DNA of 64,000 bases. Origin: Paraspadella gotoi (lineage: Eukaryota > Animalia > Chaetognatha). Shown here in pieces: positions 20,758 through 33,800 of the stretch. The DNA is taken from NCBI GenBank assembly GCA_051294375.1, contig JBJCIZ010000631.1:83164-147163 (forward strand), given 5' to 3'. The position numbers and the translations under genes are program-made. The notes under the pieces were generated by a model, which did not search any database, was not told where the DNA came from, and saw only the letters and a program-made list of their open reading frames with translations. The first letter of the stretch is position 1. The number at the start of each line of letters is the position of its first letter.

Positions 20758-23700
20758 GAGAAAAGAGAGAGAGAAGGAACATAAAAATAAAAAGAGAGGA
20801 AATTTTGTTTGTTTGATAATAAAAAAAAACATATTTAATAACTGTCCTCACCCAATTTTAACAACCTCGATGATGTTATTTGCAGAAAGTTTTTAACGTT
20901 TTTTATTTCTTTTTTCTTTGAAATTATCGTTTTCTGGTGTTTTCGACGTTTTATCTATTTTTACATTGGAAAAAGCGTTTTTCTTTGTTTTTAACGTTTT
21001 TATCTCCTTATTTAAGAAGTTGTTTCCTGGTGCTTTCAACCTTTTTATCCTTTTTTACAATGGAAAAGACGTTTTTCGGTGTTTTTAACGTTTTCATCTC
21101 TTTTCACATTGGAAAAGTCGTTTTCTGGTGTTTTTAACGTTTTTAGCTCTTTTTACATAGAAAAAAGAAAAGGAAAAGTCGTTTTTCGGTGTTTTTAACG
21201 TTTTCTTCTCTTTTTACAAAAGAAAAGTCGTTTTTTAATGTTTTTAACTTTTTTAGTTTTTTTTGCATAGGAATAGTCGTTTGACGAGTTTTCCAACGGT
21301 TTTATTTCTTTTTTATTGGAAAAGTCGTTTGCCAAAGTTTTTAACGTTTTTATCTCTTTTTACATTGGAAAAAGCGTTTTTCTTTGTTTTTAAAGTCTTT
21401 ATCTCTTTGGAAAAGTCGTTTGCTGGTGTTTTTAACGTTATTATTTCTTTTTACATTAGAAAAGTCGTTTATCGGTTTTTTTTGTCTCTTTTTACATTGG
21501 AAAAATCGTTTGCTGGTTTTTTTTAAGTTTTTATTTTTTTTTATATTGGAAAAAAGTTTGCTAATGTTTTTAACGTTTTTATCCCTTTTTACATTGGAAA
21601 TGTCGTCTGCCGGTGTATTTAACGTTTTTATCTCTTTTTACATTGGAAAAAGCGTTTTTCTTTGTTTTTAAAGTTTTTATCTTTTTGGAACTGTCGTCTG
21701 CCGGTGTATTTAACGTTTTTATCAGTTTTTACATTGGAAATGTCGTCTGCCAGTGTATTTAACGTTTTTAGCTTATTTTACATTGGAAAAGTCGTTTGTC
21801 GATGTTTTTAAACTGTTTATCTCTTTTTATATTGAAAAAGTGGTTTGCCGAAGTTTTTAAGGTTTTGATTTATTATTACTTTGAAAATATCGTTTGCCGG
21901 TGTTTTCTACGTTTCTCTTTGTTTCTAAAGTTTTTATCTCTTTTTATATTGGAAAAGTCGTTTGTCGTTGTTTTTAACGCATTTATTTCTTTTTACATTG
22001 GAAAAAATCGTTTTCTGTTATTTTTAAAGTTTTCATATCTTTTTATAGAGGAAAAGTCGTTTTCTGGTGTTTTTAACGTTTTTATCTATTGAGAGTGAGA
22101 GAAAGCTACATAAAATTAAAAGAGAAAAGAGAGAGAGAAGGAGACATAAAAATAAAAGCGAGGAAATTTGTTTGTTTTGATAAAACGTAAATAAAACATT
22201 TAATAACTGTTCTCACCCAATTTTAACAACCTCGATGATGTTATTTGCAGGAGTTTTGAACGTTTTTATTTCTTTTTTCTTTGAAATTTTCATTTTCCGG
22301 TGTTTTCTACGTTTTTTTTTGTTTTTAAAGTTTTTATCTCCTTATTGAAGAAGTTGTTTTTTGGTGTTTTCAACCTTTTTATCCTTTTTTACAATGGAAA
22401 AGACGTTCTTCGGTGTTTTTAACGTTTTCATCTCTTTTCACATTGGAAAAGTCGTTTTTTGATGTTTTTAACGTTTTCAGCTTTTTTTACATAGGGTTTT
22501 TCAACGGTTTTATTTATTTTTTTATTGAAAAAGTCGTTTGCCAAAGTTTTTAACGCTCTTATCTCTTTTTACATTGGAAAAAGCGTTTTTCTTTGTTTTT
22601 TAAGTTTTTATCTCTTTGGAAAGGTCGTTTGCTGGTGTTTTTAACGTTATTATCTCTTTTTACATTAGAAAAGTCGTTTATCGCTTTTTTTTATCTCTTT
22701 TTACATTGGATAATCGTTTGCCGGTTTTTTTAAAGTTTTTATTTCTTTTTATATTGGAAAAGAAGTTTGCTAGTGTTTTTAACATTTTTATCTCTTTTTA
22801 CATTGGAAATGTCGTCTGCCGGTGTGTTTAACGTTTTTATCTCTTTTTACATTGGAAAAAGCGTTTGTCGATGTTTTTAAAGTTTTTATCTCTTTGGAAA
22901 TGTCGTCTGCCGGTGTATTTAACGTTTTTTTCACTTTTTACATTAGAAAAGTCGTTTATCGGTGTTTTTTATCTCTTTTTACATTGGAAAAGTCGTTTTC
23001 TGGTGTATTTAACGTTTATATCTATTGAGAGTGAGTGAAAGCCACATAAAATTAAAAGAGAAAAGAGAGAGAGAAGGAGACATAAAAATAAAAGAGAGGA
23101 AATTTGTTTGTTTTGATAAAACGTAAAAAAAAAATATTTAATAACTGTCCTCACCCAATTTTAACAACCTCGATGATGTTATTTGCAGAAGTTTTTAATG
23201 TTTTTATTTCTTTTTTTTTTTTAATTATCGTTTTCCGGTGTTTTCTACGTTTTATCTCTTTTGAGAAAAGAGAGAGAGAAGGAACATAAAAATAAAAGAG
23301 AGGAAATTTGTTTGTTTTGATAAATATAAAAAGATATTTAAATTACTGTCCTCACCCAATTTTAACAACGCTCGATGATGTTATTTGCAGAGTTTTTAAG
23401 TTTTTTATTTCTTTTTTTCTTTGAAATTATCGTTTTCGTGTGTTTCTACGTTTTATCTCTTTTTACATTGGAAAAAGCGTTTTTCTTTGTTTTTACGTTT
23501 TTATCTACTGTATTGAAGAAGTGTTTGGTGTTTTCAACCTTTTTTATCCTTTTTTTACAATGGAAAAGACGTTTTTCGGTGTTTTTAACCGTTTTCATCT
23601 CTTTTCACATTGGAAACGTCGTTTTCTGGATGTTTTTAACAGTTTTTTAGCTCATTTTACATAGGAAAAGGAAAATGAAAAGTCGTTTTTTGATGTTTTT

Positions 23701-26700
23701 AACTTTTTTAGCTTTTTTTACAATAGGAATAGTCGTTTGACGAGTTTTTCCCAAGGTTTTATTTCTTTTTTTATTGAAAAGTCGTTTGCCAAAGTTTTTA
23801 ACGTTTTTATCTCTTTTTACATTGGAAAAGCGTTTTTCTTTGTTTTTAAAGTTTTTATTTCTTTTTATATTGGAAAAGAAGTTTGCTAGTGTTTTTAACG
23901 TTTTTATCTATTTTTACATTGGAAATGTCGTCTGCCGGTGTATTTAACGTTTTTATCAACTTTTTTACATTAGAAAAGTGGTTTATCGAATTTTTTTTAT
24001 CTCTTTTTACATTGGAAAAATCGTTTGTCTGGTTTTTTTAAATTTTTATTTCTTTTTATATTGGAACAAAAGTTTGCTAGTGTTTTAACGTTTTTATCTC
24101 TTTTTACATTGGAAATGTCGTCTGCCCGGTGTATTTAACGTTTTTATCTCTTTTTACATTGGAAAAAGCGTTTTTCTTTGTTTTTAAAGTTTTTATCTTT
24201 TGGAATGTCGTCTGCCGGTGTATTTAACGTTTTTATTACTTTTTACATTAGAAAAGTGTTATCGAAATTTTTTTATCTCTTTTACATTGGAAAATCGTTT
24301 GCCGGTTTTTTTTAAAGTTTTATTTCTTTTTATATTGGAAAAGAAGTTTGCTAGTGTTTTTAACGTTTTTATTTCATTTTACATTGAAAAAGTCGTTTGT
24401 CGAGGTTTTTAAACCTTTTTATCTCTTTTTAAATTGAAAAAGTTGTTTGCCAAAGTTTGTAAGGTTTTTTATTTCTTTTTACATTGAAAATATCGTTTGC
24501 CGGTGTTTTTTACGTTTTTATAATCTTTTTACATTGGAAAAGCCTTTTTTTTTTTGTTTCTAAGTTTTTATCTCTTTTTATAATGGAAAAGTCGTTTGTC
24601 GGTATTTTTAACGCATTTATTTCTTTTTACATTGGAAAAAATCGTTTTCTGTTATTTTTAAAGTTTTCATATCTTTTAACAGAGGAAAAGTCGTTTTCTG
24701 GTGTATTTAACGTTTTTATCTATTGAGAGTGAGAGAAAGCTACATAAAATTAAAGAGAAAAGAGAGAGAGAAGGAGACATAAAAATAAAAGAGAGGAAAT
24801 TTGTTTGTTTTGATAACGTAAAAAAAATATTTAATAACTGTCCTCACCCAATTTTAACAACCTCGATGATGTTATTTGTAGAAGTTTTAACGTTTTTATT
24901 TCTTTTTTCTTTGAAATTTTCATTTTCCGGTGTTTTCTACGTTTTTTTTGTTTTTAAAGTTTTTATCTCTTTTGAAGAAGTTGTTTTTTGGTGTTTTCAA
25001 CCTTTTTATCCTTTTTTACAATGGAAAGACGTTCTTCGGTGTTTTTAACGTTTTCATCTCTTTTCACATTGGAAAAGTCGTTTTTGATGTTTTTAACGTT
25101 TTCAGCTTTTTTTACATAGGTTTTTCAACGGTTTTATTTATTTTTTTATTGAAAAAGTCGTTTGCCAAAGTTTTTAACGCTCTTATCTCTTTTTACATTG
25201 GAAAAAGCGTTTTTCTTTGTTTTTTAAGTTTTTATCTCTTTGGAAAGGTCGTTTGCTGGTGTTTTTAACGTTATTATCTCTTTTTACATTAGAAAAGTCG
25301 TTTATCGCTTTTTTTTATCTCTTTTTACATTGGATAATCGTTTGCCGGTTTTTTTAAAGTTTTTATTTCTTTTTATATTGGAAAAGAAGTTTGCTAGTGT
25401 TTTTAACATTTTTATCTCTTTTTACATTGGAAATGTCGTCTGCCGGTGTGTTTAACGTTTTTAATCTCTTTTTACATTGGAAAAAGCGTTTGTCGATGTT
25501 TTTAAAGTTTTTATCTCTTTGGAAATGTCGTCTGCCGGTGTATTTAACGTTTTTTTCACTTTTTACATTAGAAAAGTCGTTTATCGGTGTTTTTTATCTC
25601 TTTTTACATTGGAAAAGTCGTTTTCTGGTGTATTTAACGTTTATATCTATTGAGAGTGAGTGAAAGCCACATAAAATTAAAAGAGAAAAGAGAGAGAGAA
25701 GGAGACATAAAATAAAGAGAGGAAATTTGTTTGTTTTGATAAAACGTAAAAAAAAAAATATTTAATAACTGTCCTCACCCAATTTTAACAACCTCGATGA
25801 TGTTATTTGCAGAAGTTTTTAATGTTTTTATTTCTTTTTTTTTTTAATTATCGTTTTCCGGTGTTTTCTACGTTTTATCTCTTTTTACATTGCAAAAAGC
25901 GTTTTTCTTTGTTTTTTAAAGTTTTTATTTCTTTGGAAAAGTCGTTTGCTGGTGTTTTTAACGTTATTATCTCTTTTACATTAGAAAAGTCGTTTATCAG
26001 TTTTTTTTATCTTTTTTTACATTGGAAAAATCGTTTGCCGGTTTTTTAAAGTTTTATTTTTTTATATTGGAAAAGAAGTTTGCTAGTGTTTTTAACATTT
26101 TTATATATTTTTACATTGGAATGTCGTCTGCCGGTGTATTTAACGTTTTTTTTCTTTTTACATTGGAAAAAGCGTTTTTCTTTGTTTTTAAAGTTTTTAT
26201 CTGTTTGGAAATGTCGTCTGCCGGTGTATTTAACGTTTTTATCACTTTTTACATTAGAAAAGTCGTTTATCGGTGTTTTTTATCTCTTTTTACATTGGAA
26301 AAATCGTTTGCCGGTTTTTTTAAAGTTTTTATTTCTTTTTATATTGGAAAAGAAGTTTACTAGTGTTTTTAACGTTTTTATCTTTTTTTACATTGGAAAT
26401 GTCGTCTGCCGGTGTATTTAACGTTTTTATATCTTTTTTACATTGGAAAAAGCGTTTTTCTTTGTTTTTAAAGTTTTTATCTGTTTGGAAATGTCGTCTG
26501 CCGGTGTATTTAACGTTTTTATCTCTTTTTAAATTAGAAAAGTCGTTTGTCGATGTTTTTAACCTTTTTATTTCTTTTTATATTGAAAAAGTTGTTTTCC
26601 GAAGTTTTTAAGGTTTTATTTCTTTTTACATTGAAAATATCGTTTGCCGGTTTTCTACGTTTTTATCTCTTTTTACATTGGAAAAAGCGTTTTTCTTTGT

Positions 26701-29700
26701 TTTTAAAGTTTTTATCTTTTTTATATTGGAAAAAACGTTTGTCGGTGTTTTTAACGCATTTATTTTTTTTTACATTGGAACAAATGTTTTCATGTTATTT
26801 TTAAAAGTTTTCATATCTTTTTACAGAGGAAAAGTCGTTTTCTGGTGTTTTTAACGTTTTTATCTATTGAGAGTGAGAGAAAGCTACATAAAATTAAAAA
26901 AGAAAAGAGAGAGAGAAGGAGACATAAAAATAAAAGAGAGGAAATTTGTTTGTTTTGATAAAACGTAAAAAAAACATATTTAATAACTGTCCTCACCNNN
27001 NNNNNNNNNNNNNNNNNNNNNNACATTTGGGGAAAAAGCGTTTTTTCTTTGTTTTTAAAAGTTGTTATCTCTTTGGAAATGTCGTCTGCCGGTGTTTTAA
27101 CGTTTATTACTTTTTACTTTAGAAAAGTCGGTTTATCGCTGTTTTTTAACTTTTTACATTGGAAAAATCGTTTGCCGTTTTTTTAAAGTTTTATTTCTTT
27201 TTACTTGAAAAAATCGTTTTTTTGTTATTTTTAAAGTTTTCATATCTTTTTACAGAGAAAAAGTCGTTTTCTGGTGTATTTAACGTTTTTTATCATTCGA
27301 GAGTGAGAGAAAGCCTACATAAAACTAAAGAGAAAAGAAGAGAGAGAAGGAGACATAAAAAAAAGAGAGGAAATTTGTTTGTTTTGCTATAAAAAGATAT
27401 TTATACTGCTCCTCACCCCAATTTAACAACCTCGATGATGTTATTTGAGAGAGTATTAACGTTTTTATTTTTTTTTCTTGAAAATATCGTTTTCGGTGTT
27501 TTAGAAATTTTTTATCTCTTTTTACATTGAAAAAGCGTTTTTCTTTGTTTTTAAAGTTGTTATCTCTTTTGCGAAATATCGTCCTCTGCCCTTTCTCCCC
27601 GGGTAATTACGTTTCTTGACACTTTTTACTTTACGAAAAACGATCGATTTATTCATGTGATTTTTATAAACTACTTGGTTTACATTGTGAAAAATTCGTG
27701 TGTCCTGTATTCTTTCTAATTTTGTACCTTTCTATTAATTTACAATGTGGAAGAAAAAGTGCTGTTATGTTCTGTTATTGTTAAGAAAGTTTTCATATAC
27801 TTTATGACAGAGAAAAAGTCGGAGGGTTTGGTCTAAAGAGTGTATTTAACGTTTTATCTCCTATTGAGAAGTGAGGAGAAAGCTACATAAATAAGAAGAG
27901 AAAAAGAGAGAAGAGAAGGAGAACATAAATTAAAAGAGAGGAAATTTGTTTTGTTTTGATAAAAGATATTTAATAACTGTCCCTCACCCAATTTAACAAC
28001 CTCGATGATGTATTTTGCGGAGAGTATTTAACGTTTTTTATTTGTTTTTTTCTTTAGAAAATTCGGTTTCCGGTGTTTTAGAAAATTTTTTACTCTTTTT
28101 ACAATTGGAAAAAGCGTTTTTTCTTTGTTTTTAAAGTTGTGTTTATCTCTTTGGAAATATCGTCTGGCCGGTGTATTTAACGTTTTTAATATCACTTTTT
28201 ACTTTAGAAAAGTCGTTTATCGGTGTTTTTTAACTCTTTTACATTGGAAAAAGTTTGCCGCTTTTTTTTAAAGTTTTTATTTCTTATTTACATTGGAAAA
28301 ATCTCTTTTCTGTTATTTTTAAAGTTTTTCATATCTTTTTAGCAGAGAAAAGGTCTGTTTTCTGGTGTATTTAACTGTTTTTATCTTATTGAGAGTGAGA
28401 GAAAGCTACATAAATATTAAAAAGAGAAAGAATGGAGAGAGAATGGAGACTCATTATTAAATAAAGTAGAGGACATTTGTTGTTTTGATTAAAATAATAA
28501 ATTGCCCCTCTCCCAAATAACTGGTCCTCACTCCCAGTGGAAATTTTAATCAATGCCTCGATTGACTGTTTATTTGCTAGAAGTATTTAAACGTTTCTTT
28601 ATTCTTCTTTTTCATTTTTAAAAAAATATCGTCCATGCTCGCCTCACCTGCCGTCTCTCTCTCTCACACACACAAATCTGATGACAAATGGTTTACTGGT
28701 GGAAGTAGAGGCAGGAAAATTATTCTATCTGCCCGCTTGAATATGAAAGATGAGTTTTGTCATAATCTATTCTATTTAAAAACCCTTATAGACTCTGTGA
28801 ATATTTTTTTAAAAATTTTCAGATTCCTTTTAATTATTCTTTATATCATATGAAATAATATTATAAATAAAATTATTTCGCTCCGGCTCTTTGTGCTAAA
28901 GATAATTTATGACCTACCATAAAAGTTTGTGATATCTTTGATAATCAATTTTGGTTCAGACAAATCTCGTACAATCTGGTGTAATACCAAGTCAGTTTAT
29001 CCTACTGGTTATAATTCTTTGTTTTGGATATGCCAAGCGGATTTTTAGAGGAAGAGAGTTGGAGGAGAGTGAAGTCATCTTGATCTCCGCGGAAAGTACT
29101 TTGCGGTATACAGAATTTTTCTGTCTCGTCTGTCGTGCTGTCGGGTTTTCTCTCTCGCATGGTATTTAACGTGTCTGTTTAGTTCACTTTTTTACTTTAG
29201 AACAAGTCGGGTTCGCCGATTTTATACAGAAGGATGGTGATAAAATTTTATAATCTAGTTCGAGTTACATTGAGTGATAGAAAAAAAGACGAAATATCTG
29301 GGAAAACGAAAAAATTAATGCCATTTATTATCCTAATTATTTAGAGAGAGAAAGAGTTTAGTTCTTGTCTTGGGAAGGAAAGATCGTTTCTGTTATTAAT
29401 TAATGTTTCATATCTTTTTTACAGAAGAAAAAGTAAATGGTCGTTTTCTGGAGTGCCGATATTTAATGATTTAATCTCGTCTCTCTTTTATCGAATCACC
29501 GTTGAGCCGCTCGAAGAGGAAAGTCTTACATAAAATTAAAGAGAAAGAGATTGGAGGAGAAGGATGAGCGATGAGAAGATAAAAGAGGAGAAATGTTGGT
29601 GTATGTTGGGAAAAAGATATTGATAACCTCAATACGTGTGCCTCACCCAATGTTTAAACAACCTCGATATGTTATTTGCAGAAGTATTTAACTTTTATTT

Positions 29701-31920
29701 CTTTTTTTCTTTGAAATTTGCGTTTTCCGGGTGGAGAGAGAGAGATTGGGAAAGGATGGATTTTCAATTGGCTGATTTTTAGGAATCAGCGCCTTTCTAT
29801 CCTTTTAATTATATAGTTAATTTCTATCCTTTTTTAATACTCCTTAAAAATTTTAAGCCAAACAGATTCCTATTCCTTATGATACACTTAATCTTCTTTT
29901 AATCTCTCTCTGACATTTAGAACAAGCTTTTTTTCTTTGTTTATAAAGTTAGTCATCTCTTTTTCGGAAATATCGTCTGCCGCCCTAGATCCCTACTTAA
30001 CGAACTAAAGTCAATCTCCCAAACTCTAAGCTATGATTCCTGTATTTTAATCGTTTTTTATCACTTTATTATACACTCTTTCTAAAATATCCCAAAACCT
30101 TATCGGTTAATCCTCTACAACCCTTTTAATCCGAGAGAGTGCGCGTGAGCGTTAAATTTTTCTCTCATGGAATAAAAAACGTTTGCTCCCGGATAATTTT
30201 TAAAATTTATTTCTTTTTACATTGGAAAAAAATCGTTTTCTGTTATTTTTAAAGTTTTCATATCTTTTTACAGAGGAAAAGTCGTTTTCTGGTGTTTTAA
30301 CGTTTTTATCTTTTGAGAGTGAGAGAAAGCTACATAAAATTAAAGAGAAAAGAAGAGAGAAGGAGACATAAAAATAAAAGAGAGGAAATTTTGTTTGTTT
30401 GATACGTAAAAAATAAATAACTGTGTCCTCACGCCAATTTTAACAACCTCGATGATGTTTGTTTGCAGAAGTTTCAACGTTTTTATTTCTTTTTCTTTGA
30501 AAATATTTCGTTTTCCGGTGTTTTACGTTTTTTTTTGTTAAAGTATTATTCCTTTTGAGAATTTTTTGTGTTCACCTATTCTTTTACATGGAAAATAGTA
30601 CGTTTTCTTCTGTTTTGATAACGTTTTCATCTTTCACATGTGGAAAAGTTCGATCTCCTTTTTTTTAACGTTTTTGACTTTTACTAGGTTTTTAACGTTT
30701 TATTTTATTGAAAAGTCGTTTATGCCCGAAGTTTTTCGTCTTAATCTCTTTACATTGCGAAAAACGTTTTTCCTGTTTTTTTTTGTTAAAGTTTTATTTC
30801 TTGTTTTACTTTGTGGAAAAATCGTTTTCTGTTATATTTAAAGTTGTTCAGTATTCTTTTATACAGAGGGAAAAAGTCGTTTTCTGGTGTATTAACGTTT
30901 TTTACTGTTTGAAGAGTGAGAGAAAGCGTAGCATGAGAATTAAAGAGGAAAGATAGAGAAGACGCAGAGACATTAAAATAAAGCAGAGAAAATTTGTTGG
31001 TTTGTTTTTTGATAAAAAGATGATTTAATTAACTGTCTCGTCCACCCAATTATTAACAACCTCGATGATGTTATTTGCAGAGAGCTATTTAACGTTTTTA
31101 TTTTCTTTTTCTTTGAAAATATCGTTTTCCTGGGGGGTGTTTTAGAAGGATTTTGTATGCTCTTGGTTACATTGGGAAAAAGCGTTTTTCTTTGTTTTTT
31201 TAATATTGTGTATCTCTTTGGAAGCAATGTCGCTTCGTGCCGTGGAGTTTGGGTGTTAGAGCGTTTTAGTTACTTGATCTTTTACTTTAGAAAAGTCGGT
31301 TGTAATCCCGCAGTATACTACAGTCTTTTTACATTTTTCGACACAAAATCCGTTAAATGCCCGTTAATTTTTTAAATCCTCCTAGTTGTGTGATTTCTAA
31401 TTCCCGGTGTTTAACTGTGAGTGAGAGCACGGAGAGTGGTTATCTGTGTTATTTTTAAAGTTTTCATATCTTTTTACCAGAGCGAAAAAGTCGTTTTCTG
31501 GTGTTCTTAACGTTTATATCTATTGAGAGTGAGACGGAGAGCTAGCATGAAGAGATTAAAAAGAGAAGAGAGCAGAGAGAAGGAGACATAAAAATATGAA
31601 AGAGAGAAATTTGTATTGGTTTTTGCATCAAAGCGTAAAAAAAAATATTTAATAACTGTCTCACCCAATTCTTAACAACCTCGGATGATGTGTACTGTTG
31701 CAGACGAAAACAGATTTAACGTTTTTTATTTCTTTTTCTTTAAAAATATCGGTTTTCGGGTCTCGACGAACATATAGAGAGGACTCCGAGGCCCGCGGAA
31801 GCTGACAGGATTGAAGGAAGCTGACAAAAGCTTGACAAGGTGACAAGGTCAATTTTAACAACCTCGATGTTGTTATTTGCAGAAGTTTTCAACGTTTGTA
31901 TTTCTTTTTTCTTTGAAATT
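20758..31920 (+). repeat. Complex satellite array 2 (same family, with purine-rich blocks; very noisy from ~27600 to 31900)
   Basis: Same monomer. Purine-rich blocks lie near 20758, 22088, 23024, 23263, 24722, 25649, 26866, 27296, 27863, 28388, 29500, 30313, 30911 and 31522. Confidence 0.95.
26998..27022. other. Assembly gap (25 N)
   Basis: N run. Confidence 1.
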
Positions 31921-31992
31921 ACATATTACATTAAATCACATTACACTAAAATAGCTATGTACCTCACTTGATTTGTTATATTTTGTTATTTT

Positions 31993-32433
31993 TCAACGCT
32001 CTACCACATATGCTGCTGCAAAGGGCTGGTTGTCCGCCCCTGCACAGGCCGCCCAATAGACGGCTCCTGATGTTTTCGGTCTGGGGATTTTGTCTTTCGG
32101 TTTCACCAATTGCTCACGTAGGGACCCGCGGGCCGTCACTGAGGTGGAGATCCCCTGCTTTGCTAGCACCCGCACCAATGACTCAGTGATCCCCTGGTGG
32201 TAGGGGAGGGACAAGTGGCCCACGTTCCTGGGTCGCTTCTGCTTATCTTCCAATTGCGCTGTGGTGGGCGCGGTAGGCGCTTCAGCAGTAAGCTCCCCTC
32301 CATCCTCCTGGGGGACAGAGGATGGGACAGCGTCAGCGGTTACTTTGGTAGCCCCCTGCTGGCCGCTACTCTCAGCCGGTTTCTGCCGATACCTTGCCTT
32401 CTCGAAAGCCCACAGAGGGTAATTATTGAGCAC
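31993..32433 (-). mobile_element. Penelope-like retroelement ORF fragment (RT C-terminal linker to start of GIY-YIG endonuclease)
   Basis: Translation LNNYP...LSLPYHQGITESLVRVLAKQGI...LREQLVKPKD...SGAVYWAAC...AAAYVVER matches the Penelope pattern NxYP / LPY..G.SE.L.R.L...GI / L..PKD / SGVVY.I.C / YVGET. It forms a GC-rich island in AT-rich DNA and is truncated at both ends. Confidence 0.88.
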
Positions 32434-32456
32434 AAAATCTGTTCAATTTTCAAAAC

Positions 32457-32514
32457 TGTAAAAGCGCTGATGAAGGCTCGAATTTGTGAGCCGAAACATG
32501 TCTGCTATGTTACA
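32457..32514 (+). ncRNA. Minimal type I hammerhead ribozyme (Penelope pseudo-LTR type)
   Basis: TGTAA-A-AGCG-CTGATGA(32467-73)-A-GGCTC-GAATTTGT-GAGCC-GAAA-C-AT-GTC(32500-02)-TGCT-ATG-TTACA. It has an intact core, 5-bp stem II, palindromic ACATGT mini stem III, and stem I AGCG/TGCT plus TGTAA/TTACA. AATAAA follows at 32515. Confidence 0.88.
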
Positions 32515-33156
32515 AATAAAATCGTTGTACAAATTAAATTAAAAACTTTGTTATAGATAAAAAGAAAATATTCTTTTGTAGTTCTAGTATCATAATTCAT
32601 TTGCATATTTTGTACTATTCCCAGATAAAAAAATATTTACTAATATGTCTGAAATATTGCTCTTTTTCTGTAGATAATGAATATCTATTGTTAAAGCTCA
32701 TTATGTATATTCGTAAGGTAACCAAGGCTCTTAATAAATACATTTTTTGTAAGCATTTTTATGGATTTTTTGTCAGATTTCTTCTTTTAGGGAATTCTGG
32801 CGTTAAGCGTCCGAGATAAAAATTAGCGAATAAAAAAGTTGTTATTTTACTCACTGAATAAAAATACTTAAAATACTTAAAAAATACGTAAAATTGATAA
32901 AATTATTATTCCGATAACATTGTTCAATCACATGCAATATATCCAATACCTTTTTTTTCATTGAAATCGATAGATATTAGCTAAAAATATTAGAATTAAT
33001 TTTTCTTTTTGATATAATAAGAGAACCGAACTTCCTTCGCTTGATGTCGTCAGGTTACTAGTAAATATGCGTTTGAAGATTTTAAAATTGAAATACGTAG
33101 ACGCGCATAGACGCGATATGCCTTGAAAGCAAGTTGTTCCGTTACTTCCGTTACAT

Positions 33157-33800
33157 TTTTAGTCGGATCTGCTTATCAGCAGATCCCGACTCTATAATTC
33201 ACTTTGTCGGTCAGTCGCTCCGCCCCCTCAATATTGTCGGGCACACACTTATATCATGTCAGAACACCGACTTATGATAAATTTTGCAAAAAAAATGTCT
33301 GTCCGTCCGTCTGTCCGTCCGTCTGTCCGTCCCACCTTAGCAAAAAAACACCAATTACTCGTGATTGGATGGATGGATTTGAATAAAATTTTGTGTGTGG
33401 GTAGGGAAGTGTGTGATTAAGCTGGATATGAAGTTTTGATGGAATCGTCCAAGTGGAAATGAGTTTAAATGGAAAAAACAAAAAAATATATTTCAATATT
33501 TGAACACCAATTGCTCATGAGTGGATGGGGCAATTGATCTGGAATTTTGTATGTGGGTAGGAAAGTGTGTGATTGAGCCGGAAATCAAGTTTCGATGGAA
33601 TCGTTTGAGTGGAAATGAATTTAAATGAAAAAAAAACAAAAAACCTGTTTCACTAATTGATTATGCTTCTTTTTCCTTTTATATTAAATGTAAATGCAAG
33701 ATGAATTAAAAAATCAAGTAATTACTCAGTTAATTATTCAATTAGTCAATAAATTAATCAATAATTAATTAATCAGTCAATCAAATCAATTTTGACAAAA
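33157..33800 (+). mobile_element. Helentron-associated / DINE-1-like non-autonomous element, 5' part (family A)
   Basis: T-tract, then hairpin AGTCGGATCTGCT-TATC-AGCAGATC(C)CGACT (33161-33191) plus TATA, a (GTCY)n microsatellite at 33297-33331, and two ~156-bp core repeats starting ACACCAATT at ~33348 and ~33504. Confidence 0.8.

Noticed and set aside
28678-28700. Other CTGATGA/CTGACGA words (also ~13733, 34696, and minus strand ~33048, 34325, 37334) as hammerheads
   Set aside because: None has a stem II followed by GAAA and a cleavage triplet.
27590-30200. Apparent novel insertions within array 2
   Set aside because: Satellite words persist in order with scattered extra bases, as expected from raw or poorly polished long-read sequence rather than real insertions.
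32197-32556. 119-aa plus-strand ORF
   Set aside because: It is the antisense shadow of the Penelope ORF running into the pseudo-LTR.
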